A stretch of 64,000 nt of DNA from Escherichia coli. Lineage in GTDB: Bacteria; Pseudomonadota; Gammaproteobacteria; Enterobacterales; Enterobacteriaceae. The notes beneath the pieces are model-generated. The model made no database searches, had not been told where the DNA came from, and saw only the letters and a program-made list of their open reading frames with translations. Below, piece by piece: positions 12,226 through 22,503 of this stretch (positions are counted from its first letter, which is position 1; each line of letters starts with the position of its first letter). The stretch lies in assembly GCF_003018255.1 (NCBI RefSeq), contig NZ_CP027440.1; one strand, given 5' to 3'. The position numbers were made by a program, and so were the translations under genes.

Positions 12226-12270
12226 TTTCTAAGTCGTGGGCTACAGGTTCGAATCCTGCAGGGCGAGCCA
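12226..12270 (+). repeat. argU 3'-end direct repeat (prophage attR core)
   Basis: tctaagtcgtgggctacaggttcgaatcctgcagggcgagcca matches the last ~45 nt of argU with about 3 mismatches. Confidence 0.75.
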
Positions 12271-12460
12271 TTTCCTCGCCATTTATTTGTTCCCTTTTAC
12301 AAATTACACCATCACTTTGTTGTCGCGGTTTTGCTAAATAATTGGAACACGTCAGACGAATAAAATGAAAACAGAAATTCTGCTAAACAATTCATCTTGC
12401 CAGGATTTTGATTAGGAAAGTGAAAAGGAAAGGAGCAAGCTAAGTTGCTCCCTTTAATCA

Positions 12461-13351
12461 TTAATACTCAAGGATACTCTGCGCGACGGGCAAATAGCGC
12501 AGAGAGAAATAGAGCGTGTCTTTACCGCAAGAGGAACGTTTCGCTAACAGCGAGGCGATCTCTGCATCCGGTTTCGGTTTCGCTGTAAACGTTTTACCTT
12601 TACCAGCGACAAACAGTTCATAAACAATGCCGCTTGCTGGGGCGGAACTTTGGCAATCGGCGCTGGCCTGTAGATAACGTTCACGCTGTTCAGCGGTCAG
12701 TTTATCCACGCCGCTGCCATCCTGTACCCAGACATTAACACCGGTTGCTTTAACTTGTTCCAGCAGTTGGCGATAGCCATCTGGCGACATGTTTCCGGCG
12801 AAAAAACTACTGATATAAACCGGTTTTGCTGAAACATCGCTAATCAACCGCTGCGCGTTGTTTAACCATGTTAGCAAAGGTTGACGGGCGGCTTCGCTGC
12901 GCCAGTTCAGGTCGTCAATTTCCGCGCTGATGTACCAGCCATCCGGCGTTACGCCAGGCACGGCGCTCCATAATCTGGCTTGCTGGAGATCGGCAGCCAG
13001 CAGGCGATTAAGATAGCTTTCCAGCGCTGCGGAGGACTGTTTCTGGTGTATAAAAAATTCCGGATCGGCGTTCAGCCCGACAATCAGCTTCAGGCCAGCC
13101 TGTTGCGCAGCTGCGGCACGCTTAAACAATAACGCGCGCTGTTCTGGCTGGGTGAATGCATCGCCGTAACGGGTCCATTGCAAAACCAGGGTATCGAAGC
13201 CTTGCAAACGTAACTGACTCATCAGCCCCTGCCACTGGGTATCGGTAACCTGACTATCACGGTTTTGTGGTTGCCAGATAATACCTTTCATCGCAAAGGA
13301 AAAAGGGCTGACCAAAAGCAGTGTCAACAATACGAAAATGAACTTACGCAT
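12461..13351 (-). CDS. ybcH: YbcH family secreted protein of unknown function
   Basis: 296-aa ORF with N-terminal signal peptide, directly downstream of nfrA as in K-12. Confidence 0.8.
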   Translation of the reverse strand: MRKFIFVLLTLLLVSPFSFAMKGIIWQPQNRDSQVTDTQWQGLMSQLRLQGFDTLVLQWTRYGDAFTQPEQRALLFKRAAAAQQAGLKLIVGLNADPEFFIHQKQSSAALESYLNRLLAADLQQARLWSAVPGVTPDGWYISAEIDDLNWRSEAARQPLLTWLNNAQRLISDVSAKPVYISSFFAGNMSPDGYRQLLEQVKATGVNVWVQDGSGVDKLTAEQRERYLQASADCQSSAPASGIVYELFVAGKGKTFTAKPKPDAEIASLLAKRSSCGKDTLYFSLRYLPVAQSILEY

Positions 13352-16324
13352 TTACCAGTGCACTCCAATGGTGAGAAACGCGTTGTTGCGCTCTCCGTTA
13401 CGTTGATTAATCGCCTTAAAGGTATGTTGATATTCGATGCCGAGACTGACTTTGTGCGGCCAGGCGTCGTAGTGCGTCTCGCCGGTCCAGATATTCCAGC
13501 GGACCCCGACACCGCCAAGCTGCGCGCCCTGAGTGCCTTTATCACGATAACCGTTGTCCTGAACGTGAGCATAAGGCTCAATAGTCTGCCCGTTTGCCAC
13601 CTTCTGATGCCAGCTGACTCGATAATCTGCCGTCCACGCCTGAATATCCTGGCGGATATATTGCGCCGCATCGAGGTACAGGTTTTGGGCAAACCAGCCT
13701 GAACCGTTCGGGTGCCATTCGTCGCTGTATTTGCCGCCATTAAAGAATGAGGCGCTGGCGCGCAGCATGGTATCGGATGCGCCATTTTGTCCGTTCAGCG
13801 GCAACTGCTGTTCGACGGCGAGGAAAAAGATCTGATCGCGCAGCGGCTTCCAGCGCAGACCGGTGCCGGACATCGGATTTTTCACCGGCATCATCACCCC
13901 GTTTTCACCGGTATCGGCAAAGACGCGGCTATAAACTGAGAGCAGGTCGCCTTCCAGCAGCATATTGCGTCCGATGCGGTACTCGGCTTCCAGTTGCCCG
14001 TAGCTACGATAGCTTTTCCTTGGCGCTGCGCCGCCGACATTATTGTTAGCGGTACTCATTGCGCCGGAACGCAAGCCAATAGAAGAATCGAAACTGAACG
14101 TCCAGTGGCGACCGACCTCCTCATGCAGACGGCGGAAATTGAAGCGTTGCTGATTTTGCTCTGGGGTCAGTGGGGTTATCAGCGCCTGATTATCAATGTC
14201 ATCAATCACCAGTCGGGCGTAGTGCTGCGTCGCAGGCATGTCATCCAGACGCTGGTTCACGTAGGCCAGTTGTCGGATAAGTGCCGGATCGTCCGGTAGC
14301 CCTTTATGCGCCTGTTCGAGCATTTCCCGCGACTGTGCGATATCACCGCTATCCCACAAGGCGTAACCGAGCGCTGCCTGGGTGTTGCTATTATTCGGTT
14401 CCAGTTCCAGAGCGGCGCGCAAATCACTCACCGCCGCCGGGACATTATGACGTTGGCGATAAATTGTCGCCCGCGCAACGTAAGCGTTGGCAGAAGGCGC
14501 AATATTGATTGAGCGCGTGAGATCGCTCAGTGCGAGTTCCGGCTGACCAGGAATGTAACGTTGCGCATGCAGCCACCAGTAGAGGGCATTGTTTCCCAGC
14601 CCACGTTGTTCTGCCTGCTGAAGCCAGCGATCGCGAGCCGCACCATTTCCTGCCGCCTGGGCGGTATTGGCAGCAGCAAGCAGATCCTCATTGCTCATGC
14701 CGTGAAGACTGATTTTCTGCCAGGCCGCCAGTGCGGTGGCGTAGTCCTCAACCTGATACGCCTGATAGGCTACCGCACGATGTTGCCAGGCGTTCGGTTG
14801 TCGTTGTTCGGCCTGAAGCCATGCATACAACGCCACACCGGGTAGCGTGTCCCGATAACACTTTGCCAGACGGTTCCAGGCGGCAGCATCGTAGGAAGGC
14901 GACATATCGCCCAGCAAGCGAACTATTGCCGGGCAATTATCTGCAATACCCGGCAACTGACTTTGCCACTGACGTTGCTCCGCCAGCGGTAAGGGTTTCG
15001 ATAAAATCGCCACCTTCGCCGGAGTTGCCAGGTAAGGATGACTTTCCAGCAGAGACGCCAGTCGCGCCATTAAAGTCTGGCTGACACGCGCATCGCCCTG
15101 GAAAGGATAGCGTTGCAGCAATAAATCGGCAGCTTCACGTGACTGCTCGTTCTGCATCAGTTGCCAGGTCAGTTGATCCAGGCGGGTAAGATTTGCCGGT
15201 TCTTGCTGATACAGCAATCGTGCCAGACGCAGAGCTTCAGCCTTGTTACGGGTCGCCACGCTAACGGTATAACGCTCCTCAAGCATTTCATTGGCGGGGA
15301 GGGTGGCGAGCAGTTTTTGCGCTGCGTCGTACTGACCTTCTTTTAACAGCACCGGTAGCGTCGCGCCAACAACATACTGGCGGTTGTCGGCAAACTGTAC
15401 CGTATAATTCGCCAACGCCTGAACGGGGTTGCCGCTGTATTTAGATAACAGATAGAGCCAACTTTTCTCTTGTGCGTCCGTGGTAAATAGCGGCGTATTT
15501 TCAATGAGATAATGCTGGAGGCGTGCTTTTTCGCCACGATAAGCCAGCGCGGTCGCGTAAGTAATATATGACTGAGGATCGGTGAAGATCCCCTGTGATT
15601 GCAGCGCCAGGATCCGATCGTCCAGCTGCCCGGCAAGAAGCACATCAAACCACTGACGGCGTTCTGCCGCGCTTAATGTGTTCTGCTGGCGTGCTTCATT
15701 GTATAGCGTATCTGCCTGGGACCATTGTTTCAGGTAGATTGCCCGTTGCAGCAGATCGGTTCGCAGCGTTTTTCCTTCCGGCGATGCAGCAAACGTCGCA
15801 TCGTTCAGTTGCGCTCTGGCGACAGGTAATTGTGCCAGCCGCAGGGCATTCTGCCCGACTTCACTGCGACAACGCAGGGTCGGCGCAGCATCGCACGCTT
15901 TTTGCTGGGCAAGCAGTTCTTCAACAGTCGTAACGCTTTTCACTTCAACTGGAATAGCCGCCAGACTGCGCTCAAGTCGGGCATCTCCTGGGTGACGTTT
16001 CAGTTGATCCTCAAGCAACAGCCGCGCCCGGTCATCATGACCAAAATGGCGATAGGCTTCCGCAAGGTATAAAGTCAGCGGAATATTATCCGGCACCTGT
16101 TGGTGTATATATTCAAATTCGCGGATGGCGGTTGCTTCGTCGTTATTTTTCTGTGCCTTCAGCGCCTTATCGAGACGGGGATAAATAACAAAATGGCGAT
16201 AATCGCTCAGCCCCAGCTCTTCTGCGCTGGTGCCGATATTGTCTGCGAGTGCGCTGGTGCTCAATAAAGACGTCAGCAGTAAACCAGACCATCCGATGAC
16301 GCGATTAAGGTTATTCTCCTTCAT
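13352..16324 (-). CDS. nfrA: bacteriophage N4 adsorption protein A (outer membrane, TPR-rich)
   Basis: ORF 13352..16345; start placed at MKENNLNRVIGWSGLLLTSLLSTSALA (signal peptide), about 990 aa. Confidence 0.9.
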   Translation of the reverse strand: MKENNLNRVIGWSGLLLTSLLSTSALADNIGTSAEELGLSDYRHFVIYPRLDKALKAQKNNDEATAIREFEYIHQQVPDNIPLTLYLAEAYRHFGHDDRARLLLEDQLKRHPGDARLERSLAAIPVEVKSVTTVEELLAQQKACDAAPTLRCRSEVGQNALRLAQLPVARAQLNDATFAASPEGKTLRTDLLQRAIYLKQWSQADTLYNEARQQNTLSAAERRQWFDVLLAGQLDDRILALQSQGIFTDPQSYITYATALAYRGEKARLQHYLIENTPLFTTDAQEKSWLYLLSKYSGNPVQALANYTVQFADNRQYVVGATLPVLLKEGQYDAAQKLLATLPANEMLEERYTVSVATRNKAEALRLARLLYQQEPANLTRLDQLTWQLMQNEQSREAADLLLQRYPFQGDARVSQTLMARLASLLESHPYLATPAKVAILSKPLPLAEQRQWQSQLPGIADNCPAIVRLLGDMSPSYDAAAWNRLAKCYRDTLPGVALYAWLQAEQRQPNAWQHRAVAYQAYQVEDYATALAAWQKISLHGMSNEDLLAAANTAQAAGNGAARDRWLQQAEQRGLGNNALYWWLHAQRYIPGQPELALSDLTRSINIAPSANAYVARATIYRQRHNVPAAVSDLRAALELEPNNSNTQAALGYALWDSGDIAQSREMLEQAHKGLPDDPALIRQLAYVNQRLDDMPATQHYARLVIDDIDNQALITPLTPEQNQQRFNFRRLHEEVGRHWTFSFDSSIGLRSGAMSTANNNVGGAAPRKSYRSYGQLEAEYRIGRNMLLEGDLLSVYSRVFADTGENGVMMPVKNPMSGTGLRWKPLRDQIFFLAVEQQLPLNGQNGASDTMLRASASFFNGGKYSDEWHPNGSGWFAQNLYLDAAQYIRQDIQAWTADYRVSWHQKVANGQTIEPYAHVQDNGYRDKGTQGAQLGGVGVRWNIWTGETHYDAWPHKVSLGIEYQHTFKAINQRNGERNNAFLTIGVHW

Positions 16325-18548
16325 TTTCGGACTCCAGTTGCGCAACCTGTTCTGGGTTTAAACCTGCTTTGAGTAATAGTGATTGCATCGAAACTTGTAA
16401 TTCGCGTTGAATTGTCAGGACGCGATCCAACGTTTCCTGGCTGATAACGCCTTCGGTGACCAAAAACTTGCCGAGCGGCAGAGAACTGCGTTCATGGCGC
16501 AATAACAACACGTTAATTGCTGAACGATTAATATGACCGAGCGTGGTCAGTATTTCGGCGAACAGGAACTGATGCGGCACATATTGCCGCCAGATTTCAC
16601 CGGCCTGCTGTTCCGTGAGCCACTGATGCTGAACCGCATTGTACAACATTGCCCGCGGGTCGTGACCGCGTCGGCGTGCATACCAGTGACGTAACCCCGT
16701 GACAATTTGTCCGCGCAGAACAATGACGTAACGCACTTTGCGTCCGACTTTACGCGTCAGGGCTGCCAGCGAAACCGGGTCAATACCATCTTCACTGCCG
16801 ACAATTAACTCATCATTTTCCAGACGCAGCGGCAGCACTGCATAATGCAGCGCCACGGAAGCCGGCATTTCGGCAATCAGTGATGAAGGGATCTGCCAGG
16901 CGTCGATCGACTCCCACGCCACGCCGTTTTGCTCTGCCAGCGCCTGTGCCAGCTGTTCGGCGCTAATCAGCCCCTGCATCAGCATTGAACCGCCCAGGCG
17001 TAGACCTTCGACGCGATTACGCAGTGCTGTATCGAGTTGTTCTTCAGTGATGACCTGATTTTCCAGCAGGATTTGGCCTAACGGGCGCAACGAGCGGGTA
17101 TCGCCAGTCACGCTGGGGAAGTCATGCGTTGTTTTATCCCACGCGACGCGACGTGGATCGCCGTGTTGAAGTACCTGTTTTAACGCGCGCCAGTTGGCCA
17201 TGAAGTTAATCAGGTTGCCCCAGAAAAGACGCAGGACAGATAGCAGCCCCTGCGTCAGACCGTAGTAGCCAGTGACAAAAATCACCCGCTGCACGATGCG
17301 GTTAACCATCAAACCAAAGTTTAGCCACAGCAGGGTCATTAACCATGCGCTGCCGCTGAAAATAGAAAGGAAATGCCAGGCATCGGGCCACAAACTTTCA
17401 TACGCCAGTAACAGCAAAAGCTGGATCATCACCAGCATCGCGAGGAAGCTGACAAAGTTACTGATTGCCCCTTTGCGGTCGCGCCAGAGAAAGTAGTTCA
17501 GCGTCAGGCTGGAGGTCCATTTGTGGGTTTTAAAGCCCTGGAAAACAATGCCGATGATCCAGCGAGATTTTTGTCGAACCGCAGTCGAAAAGGTATCGGG
17601 GAAATATTCGCGCACGCAGATCATGTTTGACGTCCGCGCGTGCTGTAAAAATTTACGCTGCTCGCGTTCTTTGGCTTCGTCCACCACCGGAAAACGGACA
17701 AAAATTTCCGTCATACCTTTTTCTTTCAGGCGGAAACCAATGTCGTAATCTTCAGTCAGACTCTGCACGTCGAAAGCAATACCGTCACCGTCAGCTAACA
17801 GTGCGGTCACGGCGCGGCGGCTGAAACAGGTGCCGACGCCTGCGCTGGGCACCTGTCCGGCGAGGGCTTCACGCACCGGAACATCTTTGCCATGCAGTTC
17901 TGAAAACTCATCAATGTAGGTCATGCTGGTGAAGTGCGTCCATTCGCGTTCGAACGGATACACTGGGATCTGAATCAGATCTTTACGCTCGACCAGATAG
18001 TTGAACAGACGCAATTCCATCGGTGAAATCACATCTTCGGCGTCATGCAGAATAAAACCAGCAAAAGCGAAATTGGCGCTACGTTCAAATTGGGTGATGG
18101 CGTCCAGCACGTTGTTCAGACAGTCGGCTTTGCTGGTGGGGCCAGGACGCGCGCAGACTACCTTATGCACGTTCGGGAAGCGAGCGCACACTTCGTCAAC
18201 ATCACGCTGAGTATCGGGGTCGTTGGGGTAGGTGCCAACAAAGATATGATAGTTTTCGTAGTCGAGCGTGGTCGCCGCCAGCTCGGCCATATTGCCGATG
18301 ACGCCCGTTTCATTCCACGCCGGAACCATAATCGCTAACGGTTTTTCATCTGGTTTATACAGTTCGCGGTAACTCATTCGCGGGTAGCGGCGATAAACAC
18401 TCAACTTGCGTTTAATGCGGCGTACCCAGTAGACGACATCAATAAAAAAATCGTCCAGCCCGCTGATGAACATGATGACCGCTAACGTTATCGCGATTAC
18501 TTTTAAGCCGTAGAGCCAGGTAGCAAAAACATCAAGAAGCCAGTCCAC
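16311..18548 (-). CDS. nfrB: bacteriophage N4 adsorption protein B (inner-membrane glycosyltransferase-like)
   Basis: 745-aa ORF, N-terminal TM helix, GT2-like region; overlaps nfrA start. Confidence 0.9.
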   Translation of the reverse strand: MDWLLDVFATWLYGLKVIAITLAVIMFISGLDDFFIDVVYWVRRIKRKLSVYRRYPRMSYRELYKPDEKPLAIMVPAWNETGVIGNMAELAATTLDYENYHIFVGTYPNDPDTQRDVDEVCARFPNVHKVVCARPGPTSKADCLNNVLDAITQFERSANFAFAGFILHDAEDVISPMELRLFNYLVERKDLIQIPVYPFEREWTHFTSMTYIDEFSELHGKDVPVREALAGQVPSAGVGTCFSRRAVTALLADGDGIAFDVQSLTEDYDIGFRLKEKGMTEIFVRFPVVDEAKEREQRKFLQHARTSNMICVREYFPDTFSTAVRQKSRWIIGIVFQGFKTHKWTSSLTLNYFLWRDRKGAISNFVSFLAMLVMIQLLLLLAYESLWPDAWHFLSIFSGSAWLMTLLWLNFGLMVNRIVQRVIFVTGYYGLTQGLLSVLRLFWGNLINFMANWRALKQVLQHGDPRRVAWDKTTHDFPSVTGDTRSLRPLGQILLENQVITEEQLDTALRNRVEGLRLGGSMLMQGLISAEQLAQALAEQNGVAWESIDAWQIPSSLIAEMPASVALHYAVLPLRLENDELIVGSEDGIDPVSLAALTRKVGRKVRYVIVLRGQIVTGLRHWYARRRGHDPRAMLYNAVQHQWLTEQQAGEIWRQYVPHQFLFAEILTTLGHINRSAINVLLLRHERSSLPLGKFLVTEGVISQETLDRVLTIQRELQVSMQSLLLKAGLNPEQVAQLESENEGE

Positions 18549-18699
18549 ACAAAAACCTTACATTAACGCTGGTTATGTTTAGGGTGGCGTATATTAAGGT
18601 TTTTTATGAATTGTGACAGCTTTTTACCATTAATAGGTATGACTATTGCGGCACGTTATTTTTACACTGGTTATAAAAGTTGCCGTTTGCGTAGAATGT

Positions 18700-19900
18700 A
18701 GACAAAAGCGTGGTGTCAAGGAGGGGAGGTTAACGCAGGGAAAGATTACGAAAGCCCGCTCCCAGCAAGGACTGACGCGAGATAGTTTCTGTCCATGGCT
18801 GCTTTTCGCAACTTACGTCTTAACCCTGCCTTGAATACCTTATCATTCGTCAAAATATTAATAGCGATGTGCCGTAGCCCTGAAAATAATTCTGCTGCAT
18901 TTCCTCTTCTTATTTTGCAGTCGTCTTCATTCATTACCACGTCCAGACGCCAGTGCAGCTTATTCTCCACGTGCCAGTGGTTTCGGATTGCTGTGGCGAA
19001 CTTCTCTGCGGTTAAATCAGCAGAACTGATATAATATCTGACCGTCATTTCTGGCTCTTTCTTTTGTTCTGCTATTATTGACCGAAAGGAGACTGCCACG
19101 CATAATTTCTTCAGTCCTTTCCATTCAAACGTGAAATCAATAAGTTCATCAGGGACATCGCAAACAATGTGAAGCCGGATTTCTTCTCTGCCGTGACTCT
19201 TTTCACTAATTGCGTAACTGTCATGCTCTGGATTATTTAATTCTTTCAGTGGGAATTTTTCCTCAAAGGCTTTATTAAGCCGCCCCTGATTTCCTTTTAC
19301 AGCGAATAAATAATCACCGCCCTGTTTTTGTATCTTCTCTGCAATATCTTTCTGGCAACCCATCGCATCAGTTGTGATGATTTTTCCTTTAATATCCAGC
19401 ATGTTAAGAAGTTCTGGGATAGCTGTAATCTCATTAGATTTCTCATCCGTCCTGATCTGTCCGATGACCAGACTGTGCATTGTTGAGAACGCACTAATGA
19501 CATGAATCGCTCCCCTGCGGCGACTCCTGTCATAAGAATGCCGGAGTGTTTTTCCATCGATTGCAATAACGTCTTTATCATCTGAAGTATGGCAATCTCG
19601 CATCCAGTTAATAAAGCACTCGTGAAATTTTGAAGGACTGATACAGGATACAACTCTGGCGATGGTATCGTGAACAGGAATACCATTTTCAAAATCACCA
19701 TATTGTTTTAAAAAATCGAGATGTGTTTCCCCAAAATCCTCTATATCTTCCCAGCCTTCTGCACCAGAAATAACGGCACAAATAGTCAACAGTAGAATAT
19801 CCGACAATTTATGTTCCACTTTCCAGGCTTGTCTGTAATCGGGGATAATAGAAATATGTTCCATCAATTTTTTAAGTTCCATTTTGTTCTCCTTAATTAT
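18700..19900. mobile_element. ISAs1-family (H-repeat) insertion element at the distal end of the Rhs island; boundaries approximate
   Basis: Contains an H-repeat-type transposase ORF; this family is classically found at the end of E. coli Rhs elements. Confidence 0.6.
18746..19882 (-). CDS. ISAs1-family transposase (H-repeat-associated protein)
   Basis: 378-aa [54 protein letters not shown]... typical of H-rpt/YhhI-type transposases. Confidence 0.85.
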   Translation of the reverse strand: MELKKLMEHISIIPDYRQAWKVEHKLSDILLLTICAVISGAEGWEDIEDFGETHLDFLKQYGDFENGIPVHDTIARVVSCISPSKFHECFINWMRDCHTSDDKDVIAIDGKTLRHSYDRSRRRGAIHVISAFSTMHSLVIGQIRTDEKSNEITAIPELLNMLDIKGKIITTDAMGCQKDIAEKIQKQGGDYLFAVKGNQGRLNKAFEEKFPLKELNNPEHDSYAISEKSHGREEIRLHIVCDVPDELIDFTFEWKGLKKLCVAVSFRSIIAEQKKEPEMTVRYYISSADLTAEKFATAIRNHWHVENKLHWRLDVVMNEDDCKIRRGNAAELFSGLRHIAINILTNDKVFKAGLRRKLRKAAMDRNYLASVLAGSGLS

Positions 19901-19908
19901 GTAAGGAG

Positions 19909-20146
19909 TATTTGATCATGTATACGCAATAAAAAACAGCTTCAGGTAATGAGGAATATCTCGATTTTTAAACATAAAATGCGAATTACTTAGTACAAAA
20001 AATGTACTTCTGATGATCTTTCCCTGGTATTTGATCATGTATAAGCAATAAAAAACAGCTTCAGGTAATGAGGAATATCTCAATTTTTAAACATAAAATG
20101 CGAATTGTTTAGTACAAAAAAGCAGCGTTACGTGATCTTTCCCTGG
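19909..20146. repeat. tandem duplication, 2 x 119 bp, next to the H-repeat transposase start
   Basis: tatttgatcatgtatacgcaataaaaaacagcttcaggtaatgaggaatatctc... repeated at 19909 and 20028; copies diverge in their last third. Confidence 0.85.
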
Positions 20147-20230
20147 TGCAGGAACTGAGGAAGGAACTTTATCAGGTTAAACAGGTGGTGAAGGGAATGA
20201 AGAACGGGATATCCGGCGTATTACGCGAGG

Positions 20231-20266
20231 TATAAAAATAAAAGCCGGGAGATTGTCACTCCCGGC
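20231..20266 (-). terminator. candidate intrinsic terminator after the orphan immunity gene
   Basis: Hairpin gccgggag...ctcccggc followed on the minus strand by a T-rich run (ttttatttttat). Confidence 0.5.
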
Positions 20267-20272
20267 AACATA

Positions 20273-20554
20273 TTATTTTTTTATTTCATTATATCTGATA
20301 AAAAAAGTATTTAGCGCATCATGTTCATCTTGTGAGAACAATAAAATAATTTTATCCCATGAATGTCCTGTTACTCCATAATAGTCTTCAATATAAGATT
20401 GAAGCCTTATTAATATCTCAATATTGACGATTTCTTTTGGCTCTCTCATTTGCCATCCATCCAGGAAAGCTTTTAACGCCGATATGGTATGCCTGCTTAA
20501 ATATAAAGCTGGTCTTTTTTCTATCATATCAATCAGTTTAACAATATCATTCAT
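20273..20554 (-). CDS. putative immunity protein for the orphan Rhs toxin tip (RhsI-like)
   Basis: 93-aa AT-rich ORF starting 2 nt after the toxin-tip stop; position is the only evidence. Confidence 0.5.
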   Translation of the reverse strand: MNDIVKLIDMIEKRPALYLSRHTISALKAFLDGWQMREPKEIVNIEILIRLQSYIEDYYGVTGHSWDKIILLFSQDEHDALNTFFIRYNEIKK

Positions 20555-20556
20555 AA

Positions 20557-21180
20557 TTAAAACCTTGATGGAGTAATGGTGTATTCGCCAGGAGAGTATA
20601 TATCATTCAGCCAATCTTCATACTTTATACCAGAAGGATTCATATTATCAAAAACTGTATCACCTACTTTTATTGCTTCATGATGACCATTAGTTGCTAT
20701 ATTTTTACCTATTCTATCACTCCATATATTGCCAAAGGCACCTTGTTTATTTTTAGTTTCGAGTATGAGATGCTCACCATTTACCCCAGCTTGTTGCATT
20801 TTACTTTTTAACGCTGCGGCAAATTTATCGCATTGAAAAAGCTGTTTAAACTTATCACTTATTGTTGTTGCAAGATCCCTTGTTTTTGCGATATCGCAAA
20901 TGGTTAATCCTAATGGATCAATATAACCAAGGGGATTATGAACATATGCATAATTGTTTATCCCGCCTCTCAGCCCTATCGGGTCACTCACCAGGTACAT
21001 CCCTGTTTCCGGCTCGTAATACCGGAACCGGTTATAGCACAGCCCGGATTCCGTATCCTGCCACTGTCCTGCATACAGCAGGCCGGGGTCGGGGTCGGCT
21101 TCCGGGTCCAGCTCCCCGCGCGGGTCCGGGTAGCCGGTGTCTGCGGGCAGACTGAGTGCCAGCCCCCACAGGCTGGTTTG
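20557..21180 (-). CDS. orphan Rhs C-terminal toxin cassette (conserved PxxxxDPxGL junction plus about 115-aa variable toxin domain of unknown activity)
   Basis: In frame with orphan core fragment after an in-frame TGA; contains YYEPETGMYLVSDPIGLRGG...NPLGYIDPLGL then an AT-rich divergent tail. Confidence 0.65.
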   Translation of the reverse strand, partial: QTSLWGLALSLPADTGYPDPRGELDPEADPDPGLLYAGQWQDTESGLCYNRFRYYEPETGMYLVSDPIGLRGGINNYAYVHNPLGYIDPLGLTICDIAKTRDLATTISDKFKQLFQCDKFAAALKSKMQQAGVNGEHLILETKNKQGAFGNIWSDRIGKNIATNGHHEAIKVGDTVFDNMNPSGIKYEDWLNDIYSPGEYTITPSRF

Positions 21181-22476
21181 TCACGGTCGCCACACGGTTT
21201 TACCTTCACTGTTAAAGAGCATCAGCGGACGGCCCGTCAGGTCGCTCACCGCATGATTCGTCCGCGTCACCCACTGCGGGGCCACCGACGGATGCGGCTG
21301 CCGTACCCGGCTGCACTGCTGGCTTATCAGCTCAAAGCCGTTAAACACCAGGTGCCGTACGCTGTACAGTTTATCATCGCGGTATTCCCGGATTTCCGCA
21401 ATATTGTCGCCGTCCCACAGGTACGTAAAACGGATTTTCTTCCGGTCGCAGCGTTTTTCCGTCCGCCTGCCGCTGGCGTCGTAGCGGTATTCCCACTGCT
21501 CACCCTGTGCGCTGCAATACCCGGTCAGCTGGTCACGGCTGTCCCACCGGAACCGCTCTGTTTCCGGGCGGTAGCCGTCACGGTGTCTGGTGCGGCTGAC
21601 CATCCGGCCTGCGGCGTCATAGTCATACTGCGTGTTTCCGGCCTGTTTCAGCCGGTGGCCTCCGGCATACTGGTCAGTCTCTTCACTTATCCGGTGCCTG
21701 CCCGCAGACTGCGCCTTCAGGTAGCCACAACTGTCATAGCCATAGGACTCATCGCCTTCGCCATAGCCCAGCCCGGTGCCTGAGGCTGTCACCGCCGTGA
21801 CCTGACCGTTCCGGTCCAGCCGGTATTCCCGCCGTGTTTCCCGTCCGTAATCTTCCCGGCTGGTGACAGCCGACACATTGCCCGCGCTGTCGTAACGGTA
21901 CTCCCGTACCAGTGAGGGGAGCAGCCCGCCCCATGTGGTTTCCTCCGGGAAAAATCCGGCGCGCTGGGTGACAAGCTGGCTGGCTGCATTCCAGCCCTGC
22001 TCACAGGCAAAACCCCGGTTACTGTGCCGGAGCACTTCACGTCCTGCCTCATCACGGCTGAACGTCAGCGTCTCATCCCCCGGCAGGATAACCTCCGTCA
22101 GTTCTCCGGCGGCGTTGTAGCGGTAGGTGGTTTTCAGCAGGGATTCACCGGGATGTCTGTCGCGTTCATCTTCCGGTGGCAGGATACAGCGGATGACGGT
22201 GTGTTCATCGGGGTAGTGGTATTCAATGGCCCGTCGGCCCTGAGTGGTGACATTCACCCGCCCGCGTTCGTCATAGCCGGTGCGCTGTGATGTGCCGTCC
22301 GGGCTGAAGATACCCGTCAGCCTGCCGGATTTGTCATACGCATACTGCGTTTTGCCTTCCGGCGTGATGACTTCTGCCAGGCGGCCTGCGGCGTCCCGGC
22401 TGTAGAGGATGGTTTCCTCCAGACCGTTAACCCTGGCGGTACACAGGCCATCGGCGTCATAGCGGTAACGCCAGGC
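21181..22476 (-). pseudogene. orphan rhs core 3' fragment (no start or N-terminus), near-identical duplicate of the 3' core of the main rhs gene
   Basis: About 1.3 kb near-identical at DNA level to 23589-24884; YD-repeat translation; homology to main copy ends at about 22476. Confidence 0.8.
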
Positions 22477-22503
22477 TACTCCGTTGTACCCAGCTCATAG
22501 AAT

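Larger units (their letters stand above)
8902..12270. mobile_element. degraded lambdoid (DLP12-like) prophage remnant integrated at argU, retaining integrase fragments, a methyltransferase and ompT
   Basis: Bounded by the argU 3' end (attL) and a 45-bp imperfect direct repeat of the argU 3' end at 12226-12270 (attR); integrase fragments immediately next to the tRNA. Confidence 0.7.

Noticed and set aside
13747-15933. Multiple 60-120 aa plus-strand ORFs within nfrA
   Set aside because: Antisense to the nfrA coding sequence; Arg-rich translations typical of GC-rich shadow frames.
20938-21783. 281-aa plus-strand ORF across the orphan rhs fragment and its duplicate 23586..24191
   Set aside because: Antisense shadow of the Rhs YD-repeat coding sequence, duplicated only because the underlying DNA is duplicated.
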